From: Parcubacteria group bacterium
GTDB lineage: Bacteria; Patescibacteriota; Minisyncoccia; Phycocordibacterales; 21-14-all-47-15
Reading direction: 5' to 3'
Assembly: GCA_016181845.1 (NCBI GenBank)
Contig: JACOYO010000004.1
Coordinates: forward strand, 15,827-79,826
Length of the DNA stretch: 64,000 nucleotides
A program made the position numbers and the translations under genes. Position 1 is the first letter of the stretch. Each line of letters opens with the position of its first letter. The notes beneath the pieces were generated by a model that was not told the DNA's origin, did not search any database, and was given only the letters and a program-made list of their open reading frames with translations. Shown here one piece after another: positions 19,730 through 27,563 of the stretch.

Positions 19730-20278
19730 ATGGAAAAGAAAATCTCATACAAACTCAAAAGAAGTAAAAGAGCAAAAAGGATGCGACTTGCCGTGTATTG
19801 TGATGGCAGTGTCGTTATCACAAGTCCTTTTGGGGCAGAGCAGTCGTTGATTGAAAAATTTCTCACTGATAAGAAGCAGTGGGTATGGGATAAAATTCAA
19901 TTTTTCAAAAGCGTTGATAGTAAAGCAATCCGCACATTCTCACACAAGGACTATTTAGAAAATAAAGATAAGGCGCTTGCTCTCGTGCATGAACGGGTGA
20001 GATTTTATAATAAAATTTACGGATTTTCTTTCAATAAAATCTTTATTAAAAATCAAAAGACCCGTTGGGGTAGCTGTTCGTGCAAGCAAAATCTAAATTT
20101 GAATTACAAAATAGTGTTTTTGCCAGAGAAACATCAGGATTATATTATCGTGCACGAAATGTGTCATTTGAAGGAGTTTAATCATTCAAGAAAATTCTGG
20201 GCGCTTGTGGAGAAGGTTCTTCCTAATTATTTAGATATTAAGAAAGAGCTTCGCAATCATGAGTTGTTTTATAAATAA
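19730..20278 (+). CDS. M48/YgjP-like (DUF45) metallopeptidase commonly following hsdR
   Basis: RWGSCS, HEMCH, NHSRKFW. Confidence 0.88.
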   Translation: MEKKISYKLKRSKRAKRMRLAVYCDGSVVITSPFGAEQSLIEKFLTDKKQWVWDKIQFFKSVDSKAIRTFSHKDYLENKDKALALVHERVRFYNKIYGFSFNKIFIKNQKTRWGSCSCKQNLNLNYKIVFLPEKHQDYIIVHEMCHLKEFNHSRKFWALVEKVLPNYLDIKKELRNHELFYK

Positions 20279-20290
20279 AATATTAAATCT

Positions 20291-20782
20291 ATGCGTATAA
20301 ATAATTTTTTCAAACTCATCATCGCGATCGTAGTTTCTGAGCTTGCCGGCATCATCGGCTCGGTGTTTACCACTCCGTCCATTGGCGGATGGTATGCAGG
20401 GATCGTCAAACCGGCTCTTAATCCTCCGGCGTGGGTATTCGGACCGGTCTGGACGACACTTTTTGCGCTTATGGGCATCGCGGCTTTTCTTGTTTGGTCC
20501 TCCTACGCTGAAGCTTCGGCGGATAAAAAGAAAAGGATTAAGTTGGCGTTGATATTGTTTGGTATTCAACTGATCTTGAACATGCTCTGGTCAATTATCT
20601 TTTTCGGTCTGCATAGCCCTGGCGGCGCGCTTATTGATATCGTATTTCTCTGGCTCGCCATCCTCGCCACGATCATCGCTTTTGCAAAAATCTCTAAACC
20701 AGCCGCTTGGCTCTTGGTGCCGTATATCCTCTGGGTCAGTTTTGCTTCATATCTAAACTTTGCTATCTGGTCGCTGAATTAA
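20291..20782 (+). CDS. tspO: TspO/MBR tryptophan-rich sensory protein
   Basis: KPALNPPAWVFGPVWTTL, LLVPYILWVSFASYLN. Confidence 0.92.
   Translation: MRINNFFKLIIAIVVSELAGIIGSVFTTPSIGGWYAGIVKPALNPPAWVFGPVWTTLFALMGIAAFLVWSSYAEASADKKKRIKLALILFGIQLILNMLWSIIFFGLHSPGGALIDIVFLWLAILATIIAFAKISKPAAWLLVPYILWVSFASYLNFAIWSLN
20498..20523. repeat. Imperfect hairpin (tcctcctacgctgaagcttcggcgga) in a TspO loop, REP-like
   Basis: Encodes SSYAEASAD between TM helices; single copy in window. Confidence 0.45.
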
Positions 20783-20892
20783 ATCCAAGTCAAGCAAATC
20801 GTCCCACGCTCTAAAATTTGGTTTCACTGCTCGTTAGAATTATTTGGAGCGAATGGTATAATTATTGTCTGTTAAGAGAAGCAGACATCTAT

Positions 20893-21498
20893 ATGACAAC
20901 TGAAAACAAAAATTATTTTGCGGTGATATCGGCGGGGATTTTTGTCGGCGCGGCGCTTTTTGATGCCTTGCCGGAGACGGCAAAAACACTCGGGTTTTGG
21001 TATGCGATTCTTGGTTTGGCAGTGGGAATGTTTTTGTGGTGGCTTCAAAAAAATATCTTGCATCAGTTGGAGAAGCCGGAGATGCCGATACTGGTAACGA
21101 CGGCGCTCTGGCTTCATTCTATTTTGGAAGGGGTGGTTACAGGCTTGGCATTTGGAGTGTCAAATTTTGTCGGCTCTATCGTGCTTATTGCCATGATTTT
21201 GCATCTCTTGCCGGAATTTTTTGCCGCCGTTTCGCTGATGAAAGGCGGCGGCGCGAGCAATCGGGCGGCTCTTTTTACCACGGTTGCTGGATACGCTATT
21301 CTTTTTTCAAGTTTTTTCATAACGCGCGCGTATCTGCCGAGCATGGAGGGGATTCTTCCCGTGATGATTGCTTTATCGGGAGGAGCTTTTCTCTACATCG
21401 GCACAAAAGTGTATCTTCGCAATCGCTCTTTTCAATCAACACTCATTTTTCTTGTCGGCGTGCTCATCCCGCTCATTCAGAAAATCATATCTGGATAG
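20893..21498 (+). CDS. ZIP-family metal transporter
   Basis: LHSILEG, LHLLPE, GGAFLYI motifs; multi-TM. Confidence 0.75.
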   Translation: MTTENKNYFAVISAGIFVGAALFDALPETAKTLGFWYAILGLAVGMFLWWLQKNILHQLEKPEMPILVTTALWLHSILEGVVTGLAFGVSNFVGSIVLIAMILHLLPEFFAAVSLMKGGGASNRAALFTTVAGYAILFSSFFITRAYLPSMEGILPVMIALSGGAFLYIGTKVYLRNRSFQSTLIFLVGVLIPLIQKIISG

Positions 21499-21543
21499 CG
21501 CGAGCAATTTTGGTTATTCGCCCATGTTCGTTATAATGAACAC

Positions 21544-22578
21544 ATGACCCACAAAATTATCACGTTTGTCATTTCCGAAGCCACGAGCGCCAAGCGCGGC
21601 AAAGAATCTCCCATGCCGCAGCTCAAAAGCGCGCCGCACTATCTGGAGCAGACGGTCCCGAGCCAATATATTTTAAAATCGCAAGAGGTCGCAATCGGAG
21701 ACAGACAGGCAAAGGTAAATGTCAAAACGTATCATCCCGATGCGATTCTTGTAGAGGGGATTTTAGAAGTGCCCGATATTTTTAATGACGATACGCTGGA
21801 ATTGAAAAAAGCATTGCTTGCCGTTTGCTACAATGTCGCCAAAAAATACGGAGTCAAGGCGCAACCCGCGGAAGAATACACCATTTATCAGATATCGGGA
21901 TATGATGCGGACCCGGATGTGTTTATGGAAGATAGGGGCGCGCGGATTGCAGGCCTGCTGAAATCAGAAAAGATACCGCTTGATGATAAAGAGGTTGAGT
22001 ACACGCTATCATCGCAGTTAAAATACAGCAAAAACGACCTCATAATTATTGACTGGGATGGCGCGTTTGTGTTTGACCCCGACGGGAACATTGATGAGGC
22101 GCTGGAGATATTTGAAATCGCCAATTACCAGCTTTTGCGCTATCGCGTATTTGACCGCGACCTTGATGTCCGTCTTGAAAAAATAGTGAAATTGTCGCAG
22201 TCGGAAAAAAAGCCGCAAAAATTATTTTCATTCAGCAACACCAAAGAGGTGGAAAAAGAATTTCGGGGGCTTATCAATTTGCGTTCTGAATCAATCAGTC
22301 ACTTTGAGGCGATGGAGCGCGACATCAAGCTCATTGGCGAATGGTATTCGGCGCGGCTCTACGAACTCACCTCCAAAAAATTCCGTCTTGAAGAATGGCG
22401 GAGAACCATCAAAGACAAGCTTGATTCCATAGAAGATGCGTACTCAATCACTTCAGAAAATCTGGGCTTTTCGCGTATCCAACGGCTGGAGCTTGTGCAA
22501 ATCTGGCTTTTTTTCCTCCTCCAAATCGGCTGGTTTATTTTGATTATTCTTGAGTTATTGCAAATGGTTGAGAAATAA
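21544..22578 (+). CDS. RMD1/DUF155-like protein with C-terminal TM
   Basis: DLIIIDWDGAF, ANYQLLRYRVFD, F.LEEW...KL..I, C-terminal RLELVQIW TM. Confidence 0.6.
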   Translation: MTHKIITFVISEATSAKRGKESPMPQLKSAPHYLEQTVPSQYILKSQEVAIGDRQAKVNVKTYHPDAILVEGILEVPDIFNDDTLELKKALLAVCYNVAKKYGVKAQPAEEYTIYQISGYDADPDVFMEDRGARIAGLLKSEKIPLDDKEVEYTLSSQLKYSKNDLIIIDWDGAFVFDPDGNIDEALEIFEIANYQLLRYRVFDRDLDVRLEKIVKLSQSEKKPQKLFSFSNTKEVEKEFRGLINLRSESISHFEAMERDIKLIGEWYSARLYELTSKKFRLEEWRRTIKDKLDSIEDAYSITSENLGFSRIQRLELVQIWLFFLLQIGWFILIILELLQMVEK

Positions 22579-22649
22579 TGTTACCGTTTCCAATAGGTAT
22601 GAACCCGATACGGGGCAATTGCACTTTTCAAATTATATGAGGAAATATC

Positions 22650-23312
22650 ATGGAATACAGAGCTGTTGGAAACCGCTGTGCGGTGAATATGGACTCTCTT
22701 AATGTGCCGCTTTCCCGCAAAGATATTTTGACGATATTGATACATGAAGGTTTTATCATGACACCGATTGATATTATGGCGCTTGCAAGAGGTTGTGTCG
22801 GTGCCTCGCAATATCGCCGCGGGGCGAGACCATCTGAAGCTCCGAGTGTCGTTGATTGCTCCAGTTTTATCAAGTGGCTTTTTGGAATGCGCGGCATTTG
22901 GTTGCCACGTAGAACTATTCAGCAATGCAAACTCGGCGAGGTGGTTTCTTTTTATAATATTGTTGACGGAGACGTCGTGTTTGTTTCAGGGCGTATCAAT
23001 TATTACGAGCATAACTCTGACGGAGGTGTCGGTCATGTGGGGATTGCCGCTGAAGGCGGAAAGACAATAATTCACGCCTCTGCAAAAGACGCAGTGGTTG
23101 CGGAAGTTCCCTTTAGCGAGTTTGTTGATAAAAATACATTTCGCGGCGCGCGGCGCTACATCTCAAAAAATCCAAACAATACCTCAATCATGACGTTTGA
23201 AACTCCGGTCAGTAGGGAAGTGGAGACGTCTGATGATATACGGTGGATTGTTTTGGAATCGGAATTATTCTGTAAATTTGAAAAATTTAAAAACAAAAAA
23301 ATGAAGAAGTAA
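22650..23312 (+). CDS. NlpC/P60 family peptidase
   Basis: DCSSF, LPRRTIQQ, GDVVF, GHVGI, IIHAS. Confidence 0.85.
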   Translation: MEYRAVGNRCAVNMDSLNVPLSRKDILTILIHEGFIMTPIDIMALARGCVGASQYRRGARPSEAPSVVDCSSFIKWLFGMRGIWLPRRTIQQCKLGEVVSFYNIVDGDVVFVSGRINYYEHNSDGGVGHVGIAAEGGKTIIHASAKDAVVAEVPFSEFVDKNTFRGARRYISKNPNNTSIMTFETPVSREVETSDDIRWIVLESELFCKFEKFKNKKMKK

Positions 23313-23384
23313 CCCAAACACAAAAACCATCGCGCGACGGCGGTGGTTTTTTCTTTTTTATCAGGCATGATATAATACAAAAAT

Positions 23385-23624
23385 ATGCTGAAAGAATTTT
23401 TGATGAAACAAATGCTCAAGTCACAGTTGAAAGACGTGCCAGCCGATGAGCAGGAAAAAATAATCAAATTGGTAAGCGAGAATCCTCTGCTTTTCCAAAA
23501 AATCGCGCTTGAAATTCAGGCGAAAATGAAAGAGGGGAAAGACCAAATGTCAGCATTGCTTGAAGTCATGCAAAATTACAAAGACGAATTGCAAAAACTT
23601 ACAACAAAGACGATTTCCCAATAA
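23385..23624 (+). CDS. Small conserved-looking helical protein
   Basis: Clean ORF following a terminator and TATAAT. Confidence 0.65.
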   Translation: MLKEFLMKQMLKSQLKDVPADEQEKIIKLVSENPLLFQKIALEIQAKMKEGKDQMSALLEVMQNYKDELQKLTTKTISQ

Positions 23625-23641
23625 GCTAATTTCTAAAAGCT
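23620..23641. repeat. Left inverted repeat of the membrane/oxidoreductase cassette
   Basis: aataagctaatttctaaaagct versus reverse complement of 25536-25559 (aataagctaattttctaacaagct). Confidence 0.6.
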
Positions 23642-23652
23642 AGCAAGCTAAA

Positions 23653-24147
23653 ATGGACTGGCATACTTTTTTAATCATTACGCATATTATCGGCACGGTG
23701 CTTGGCGTCGGCGGGGCGACCTTTGCCGAGGTTTTTTATTTGAAAGCGATTAAAGACGGCGCAATAGACCCAACTGAAAGCAGTTTTCTCAAAACAACAT
23801 ATTTTATTTTACGTCTCGGCATTATCATTTTAGTGCTTTCCGGTTTTGGTCTTCTCTTATTAAATCGTCTTGAGGGCGCAACGCAATATCTCTACGATCC
23901 GCGTCTTTGGGCAAAACTGACACTGACGCTGGTCATCGTGGTAAATGCGATACTGCTTCAGATTCGTTTGATTCCGTCGTGGCTCGGATTTTCACTCTCA
24001 TTTACATCATGGTATGCCGCGCTGGTGTTGGGGCTTTGGCGCGGGGCGAGCGCCGCGGGATATGTGACCATTATGCTCTGGTATGTTGTCGCCGTGTTTG
24101 TTGTCGCATTTATTTTAGACCGCATTAAAAAATGGTATAGTAAATAA
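23653..24147 (+). CDS. Multi-TM membrane protein with His in TM1
   Basis: THIIGTVLGVGG; hydrophobic helices. Confidence 0.75.
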   Translation: MDWHTFLIITHIIGTVLGVGGATFAEVFYLKAIKDGAIDPTESSFLKTTYFILRLGIIILVLSGFGLLLLNRLEGATQYLYDPRLWAKLTLTLVIVVNAILLQIRLIPSWLGFSLSFTSWYAALVLGLWRGASAAGYVTIMLWYVVAVFVVAFILDRIKKWYSK

Positions 24148-24148
24148 C

Positions 24149-24604
24149 ATGATTGCTTTTCTTTCACAATTATTGATTGCGCATGTCATCATCGGGCTTA
24201 TCGGTGTGATAGCATCGTACGCACTGCTCATGGGGCTTTTGAAGCGCAAGGTATCAATTCCTTTTTTGAAAGGTGCCGCGCTTATCGCGGCGGTTTCATA
24301 TATTATTACCTGGTTTACCGGCGGATATTATTATGTGGTTTTTTACGGCAAAGCGATAAAGCCGGTTATTAAAGCGGGCGCGTATCCGTGGGCGCATACT
24401 TTTTTTATGGAAACAAAAGAGCATCTTTTTCTTTTCTTGCCGATTTTGGCGATCATTTTGCTTGTATTAATAACCCGATGCAGTGTGGCGTTTGATACTC
24501 ATCCTGTTTTGAAAAAATACACCGCGCTTGTCGCGGCGCTTACGGTGACCATAGGCATTTTTATAGCGCTTGCCGGAGTCGTGATTTCGGGCGCGGTGCG
24601 TTAA
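24149..24604 (+). CDS. 4-TM membrane protein with His residues
   Basis: AHVIIG, PWAHTFFMETKEHLF. Confidence 0.75.
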   Translation: MIAFLSQLLIAHVIIGLIGVIASYALLMGLLKRKVSIPFLKGAALIAAVSYIITWFTGGYYYVVFYGKAIKPVIKAGAYPWAHTFFMETKEHLFLFLPILAIILLVLITRCSVAFDTHPVLKKYTALVAALTVTIGIFIALAGVVISGAVR

Positions 24605-24613
24605 AATATTTTT

Positions 24614-24940
24614 ATGCAACTACTTGTACAGAAAAAAATAGATAAAACGGCAAATATTCTTATCGGGGCGAGTGTCGCGGTAGTTTTTATCGCTGTCGTC
24701 ACCATTGGCGGAGAATTGTATACACCTATTAAAGATTGGCTTGCCGGCGTCTTTTCTCATCATTGGATTGGAAAAGGAATTTTAACGATGCTCGTTTTTG
24801 TTATCGCAAGCATATTGCCATACACACGAGAGGCGACCGTGGCCAGCCTCGCGCGGCTCACCGCAGTACTTTTCTTTATATCACTGTGCTCGGCGCTTGC
24901 GATAGCGGGATTTTTCGGATACGAAATATTTATCAAATAA
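24614..24940 (+). CDS. 3-TM membrane protein with HHW motif
   Basis: FSHHWIGKG. Confidence 0.7.
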   Translation: MQLLVQKKIDKTANILIGASVAVVFIAVVTIGGELYTPIKDWLAGVFSHHWIGKGILTMLVFVIASILPYTREATVASLARLTAVLFFISLCSALAIAGFFGYEIFIK

Positions 24941-24957
24941 TTTTATATCAAACAAAT

Positions 24958-25533
24958 ATGCGCAAAGACACAAAAAAAGTGTTAATTATGTTAGGTCATC
25001 CCGACACCGAATCCCTCGCTGGTTTTTTAGCAGACAGGTATGAAGCTGGCGCAAAAGCGGGCGGCTATGAAGTGAAGCGCGTGAATGTTGGCGATTTGAA
25101 ATTTGACCCCATCTTGCACAAAGGGTATCGGGAAATCCAAGCGCTTGAGCCGGATTTGGTCTCGGCGCAAGAAATGATTACATGGGCAGACCATATCGTG
25201 CTCGTGTATCCAAACTGGTGGGGGTCCATGCCGGCGATTTTGAAGGGATTTTTTGACCGCGCGCTTTTGCCCGGCTTCGGGTTTAATTTTCGTGATGGAA
25301 AAATTATCAAACGACTTGCTGGTAAAAGCGCGCGAGTGATTATCACCATGGACATTGTGCCGACGTTCTTTTTTCACACTCGAGCGGCGCTCACTATGAA
25401 AAACAGCATCCTTCGTTTTTGCGGCATTGAGCCGGTGCGCGTTACCGAAATCGGGCCGGTGAAAGAGGTGGTGGACAATAAAAAAGATGAGTGGGGCCTA
25501 CGCGTGTTCAAATATGGTGAAGCTGGGATTTAG
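24958..25533 (+). CDS. NAD(P)H-dependent flavodoxin-like oxidoreductase (MdaB/KefF type)
   Basis: GHP..S, ADHIVLVYPNWWGSMPAILKGFFDR. Confidence 0.88.
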   Translation: MRKDTKKVLIMLGHPDTESLAGFLADRYEAGAKAGGYEVKRVNVGDLKFDPILHKGYREIQALEPDLVSAQEMITWADHIVLVYPNWWGSMPAILKGFFDRALLPGFGFNFRDGKIIKRLAGKSARVIITMDIVPTFFFHTRAALTMKNSILRFCGIEPVRVTEIGPVKEVVDNKKDEWGLRVFKYGEAGI

Positions 25534-25535
25534 TC

Positions 25536-25559
25536 AGCTTGTTAGAAAATTAGCTTATT
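25536..25559. repeat. Right inverted repeat of the membrane/oxidoreductase cassette
   Basis: agcttgttagaaaattagcttatt. Confidence 0.6.
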
Positions 25560-25684
25560 AGGATTTTAGGTGCGTGCCGCAATGGTCAAGTTTTTTGTTG
25601 TTTACTTGCGGTTTTCTGAGTTTGTGATATAGTATTTTTCAACAAGCAATAAGAACGTTGTTCTTTGAAGGGAGGTGAAATGAA

Positions 25685-25978
25685 TTGTTAGAACCAGACG
25701 AGATTATTGCCGTCATTACGAAAGCCATTTCTAGTGGAGGCAAAGATTTTTATGTTACTGACCCAAAAAGTGGCGAAGATAAAAAATTTGCCAATGGGTC
25801 AATAACATTCGCCGCCGCTTACTGGAATGGCGGGTTAAAAAAACCTCGTCCTGGCGATGAGGTCGTCTTGGGGATTCTCCGCAGGACGCCGAAGGGGTTA
25901 AGGTCTGAAAGCGCAAGGCCAAGTACAGTGGCTGACTTGCGCATAAAACAGCAACAGCAAATCGGAGGCGTACGATAA
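25685..25978 (+). CDS. Small hypothetical protein, possibly OB/cold-shock-like fold
   Basis: GGAGGTG RBS upstream; PRPGDEVV...TPKGLRSESARP pattern. Confidence 0.5.
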   Translation: MLEPDEIIAVITKAISSGGKDFYVTDPKSGEDKKFANGSITFAAAYWNGGLKKPRPGDEVVLGILRRTPKGLRSESARPSTVADLRIKQQQQIGGVR

Positions 25979-26184
25979 TGTCACAAGAATACCATAACCC
26001 GCAGTGCGGAAACTTTGCAGAAAAGATGCGTGAGTGCCGTGAGTGTTACTGTGCTCACAAAGAACCGCCTCGCATCAAGGTTCATTTACCGTTGTCTGAC
26101 GGGTGTATAACATCCGCGGATATCAAGGTTGCACGAGGAAAGGTTGAAAAGACGCCGTACTGCTATGTGTCGACACGGTGCTAA
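25978..26184 (+). CDS. Small Cys-rich hypothetical protein
   Basis: GGAGG RBS, CRECYC; followed by terminator hairpin 26196-26229. Confidence 0.45.
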   Translation: MSQEYHNPQCGNFAEKMRECRECYCAHKEPPRIKVHLPLSDGCITSADIKVARGKVEKTPYCYVSTRC

Positions 26185-26246
26185 CTGTTTATTTTGGGGC
26201 GTCTGCCATTTGGTAGGCGCCCTTTTTTTCTGTATACTCTTTTAAT

Positions 26247-27392
26247 ATGGCTTTGGGAATCGGCATCGTTGGTTTACCGAACGTGGGGAAGTCCACGCTT
26301 TTTAACGCGCTTACCAAAAAATCGGTGCCGGCGGAAAATTATCCTTTTTGCACAATTGATCCTTCGGTGGGCGTGGTTGCTGTGCCGGACCTACGGCTTT
26401 CTAAACTTTCGACATTGTCAAAATCTGCAAAAACAATTCCCGCGGCGATAGAATTTGTGGATATTGCGGGATTGGTGAAAGGCGCTTCAGCGGGCGAGGG
26501 ATTAGGAAATAAATTTTTGGCGAATATCCGCGAAGTAGATGCCATTTTGGAAGTGGTGCGGATTTTTCCCGCCCAAGGCGGGTCCGCCTCGGGCGGAGAC
26601 GTTGTTCATGTATATGGAGAGATAGACCCAATGAGAGATATTGAAGTTATCAATCTTGAATTGATGATGGCGGATTTAGAGACGGTTACAAAAAGACTTG
26701 GAAATTTAGAAAAAGATGTGAAACGTGGAGACAAAGATGCTTTGGATGAAAAAGAAGTCCTTGAAAAAATTGCCGCGACACTAGAGGCCGGGAAGCTCGC
26801 GAAAGATATTTTCCAAAATGTTGAAAATGTTGGACATCCGATGTCCAACATTGAAGGAGTGGTTAAAAAACTTCATTTACTTACCATGAAGCCGATTTTA
26901 TACGCGCTCAACAAAAAATCCGGAGCAAAAAATCTTGATGAAGCGAAAGATGAACGCTGGGAGAAGCTCATGCGGTTTTTCAAAGATAAGAACGCTCAAT
27001 ATGTCATTTTTGACGCGAAGGTGGAAGACGAGCTGAAAGAATTTGCCGGAGAAGAAAAAGAAACATTTCGCAGAGAGCTTGGCGCAGAAGAGGGCGACGG
27101 GATAGACGCGCTTATTTCCGCAAGCTATACGTTGCTCGGATTGATTACTTATTTTACGACCGGTGAAGACGAAACGCGCGCGTGGACGATTAAAAAAGGA
27201 TGGACGGCGCCCGAGGCAGGCACGGCGATTCATACCGACTTCAAAGATAAATTTATTCGCGCTGAAGTGATTTGGTGGCAAGATTTGCTCACTGCCGGTT
27301 CTTATGTTGTTGCTAGAGAAAAAGGGCTTCTTCGCACCGAGGGCAAGGATTACATTGTGCAAGACGGAGATGTAATTGAATTTAAGATTTAG
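26247..27392 (+). CDS. ychF: Ribosome-binding ATPase YchF carrying two palindrome-derived insertions
   Basis: GLPNVGKST, NYPFCTI, DIAGLV, IHTDF, EGKDYIVQDGD. Confidence 0.96.
   Translation: MALGIGIVGLPNVGKSTLFNALTKKSVPAENYPFCTIDPSVGVVAVPDLRLSKLSTLSKSAKTIPAAIEFVDIAGLVKGASAGEGLGNKFLANIREVDAILEVVRIFPAQGGSASGGDVVHVYGEIDPMRDIEVINLELMMADLETVTKRLGNLEKDVKRGDKDALDEKEVLEKIAATLEAGKLAKDIFQNVENVGHPMSNIEGVVKKLHLLTMKPILYALNKKSGAKNLDEAKDERWEKLMRFFKDKNAQYVIFDAKVEDELKEFAGEEKETFRRELGAEEGDGIDALISASYTLLGLITYFTTGEDETRAWTIKKGWTAPEAGTAIHTDFKDKFIRAEVIWWQDLLTAGSYVVAREKGLLRTEGKDYIVQDGDVIEFKI
26568..26597. repeat. Family B palindrome in-frame in ychF (PAQGGSASGG)
   Basis: cccgcccaaggcgggtccgcctcgggcgga. Confidence 0.88.
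26826..26852. repeat. Family A 27-bp palindrome in-frame in ychF (NVGHPMSNI)
   Basis: aatgttggacatccgatgtccaacatt; reverse complement is identical to 61353-61379. Confidence 0.9.
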
Positions 27393-27435
27393 TTACCTGT
27401 TACTTGGACGTTGGACGTCCGACGTCCAAGTAACT
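27391..27435. repeat. Family A palindrome immediately after the ychF stop
   Basis: gttacttggacgttggacgtccgacgtccaagtaac. Confidence 0.85.
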
Positions 27436-27563
27436 AAAGTTCAAAATATAAGCCTTCTTTTCTGACATACTTATGCACAAAAATCCCTTTCTTTTTTAAG
27501 GGATTTTTGATATAATGGATGTATGAAATTGTGCCGATTTTGGCGCAATTTTCTATCTATTTT

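Noticed and set aside
9869-20290. Prophage or integrase-encoding element at tRNA-Ala
   Set aside because: No integrase, phage structural gene or attR copy of the tRNA 3' end was found by eye.
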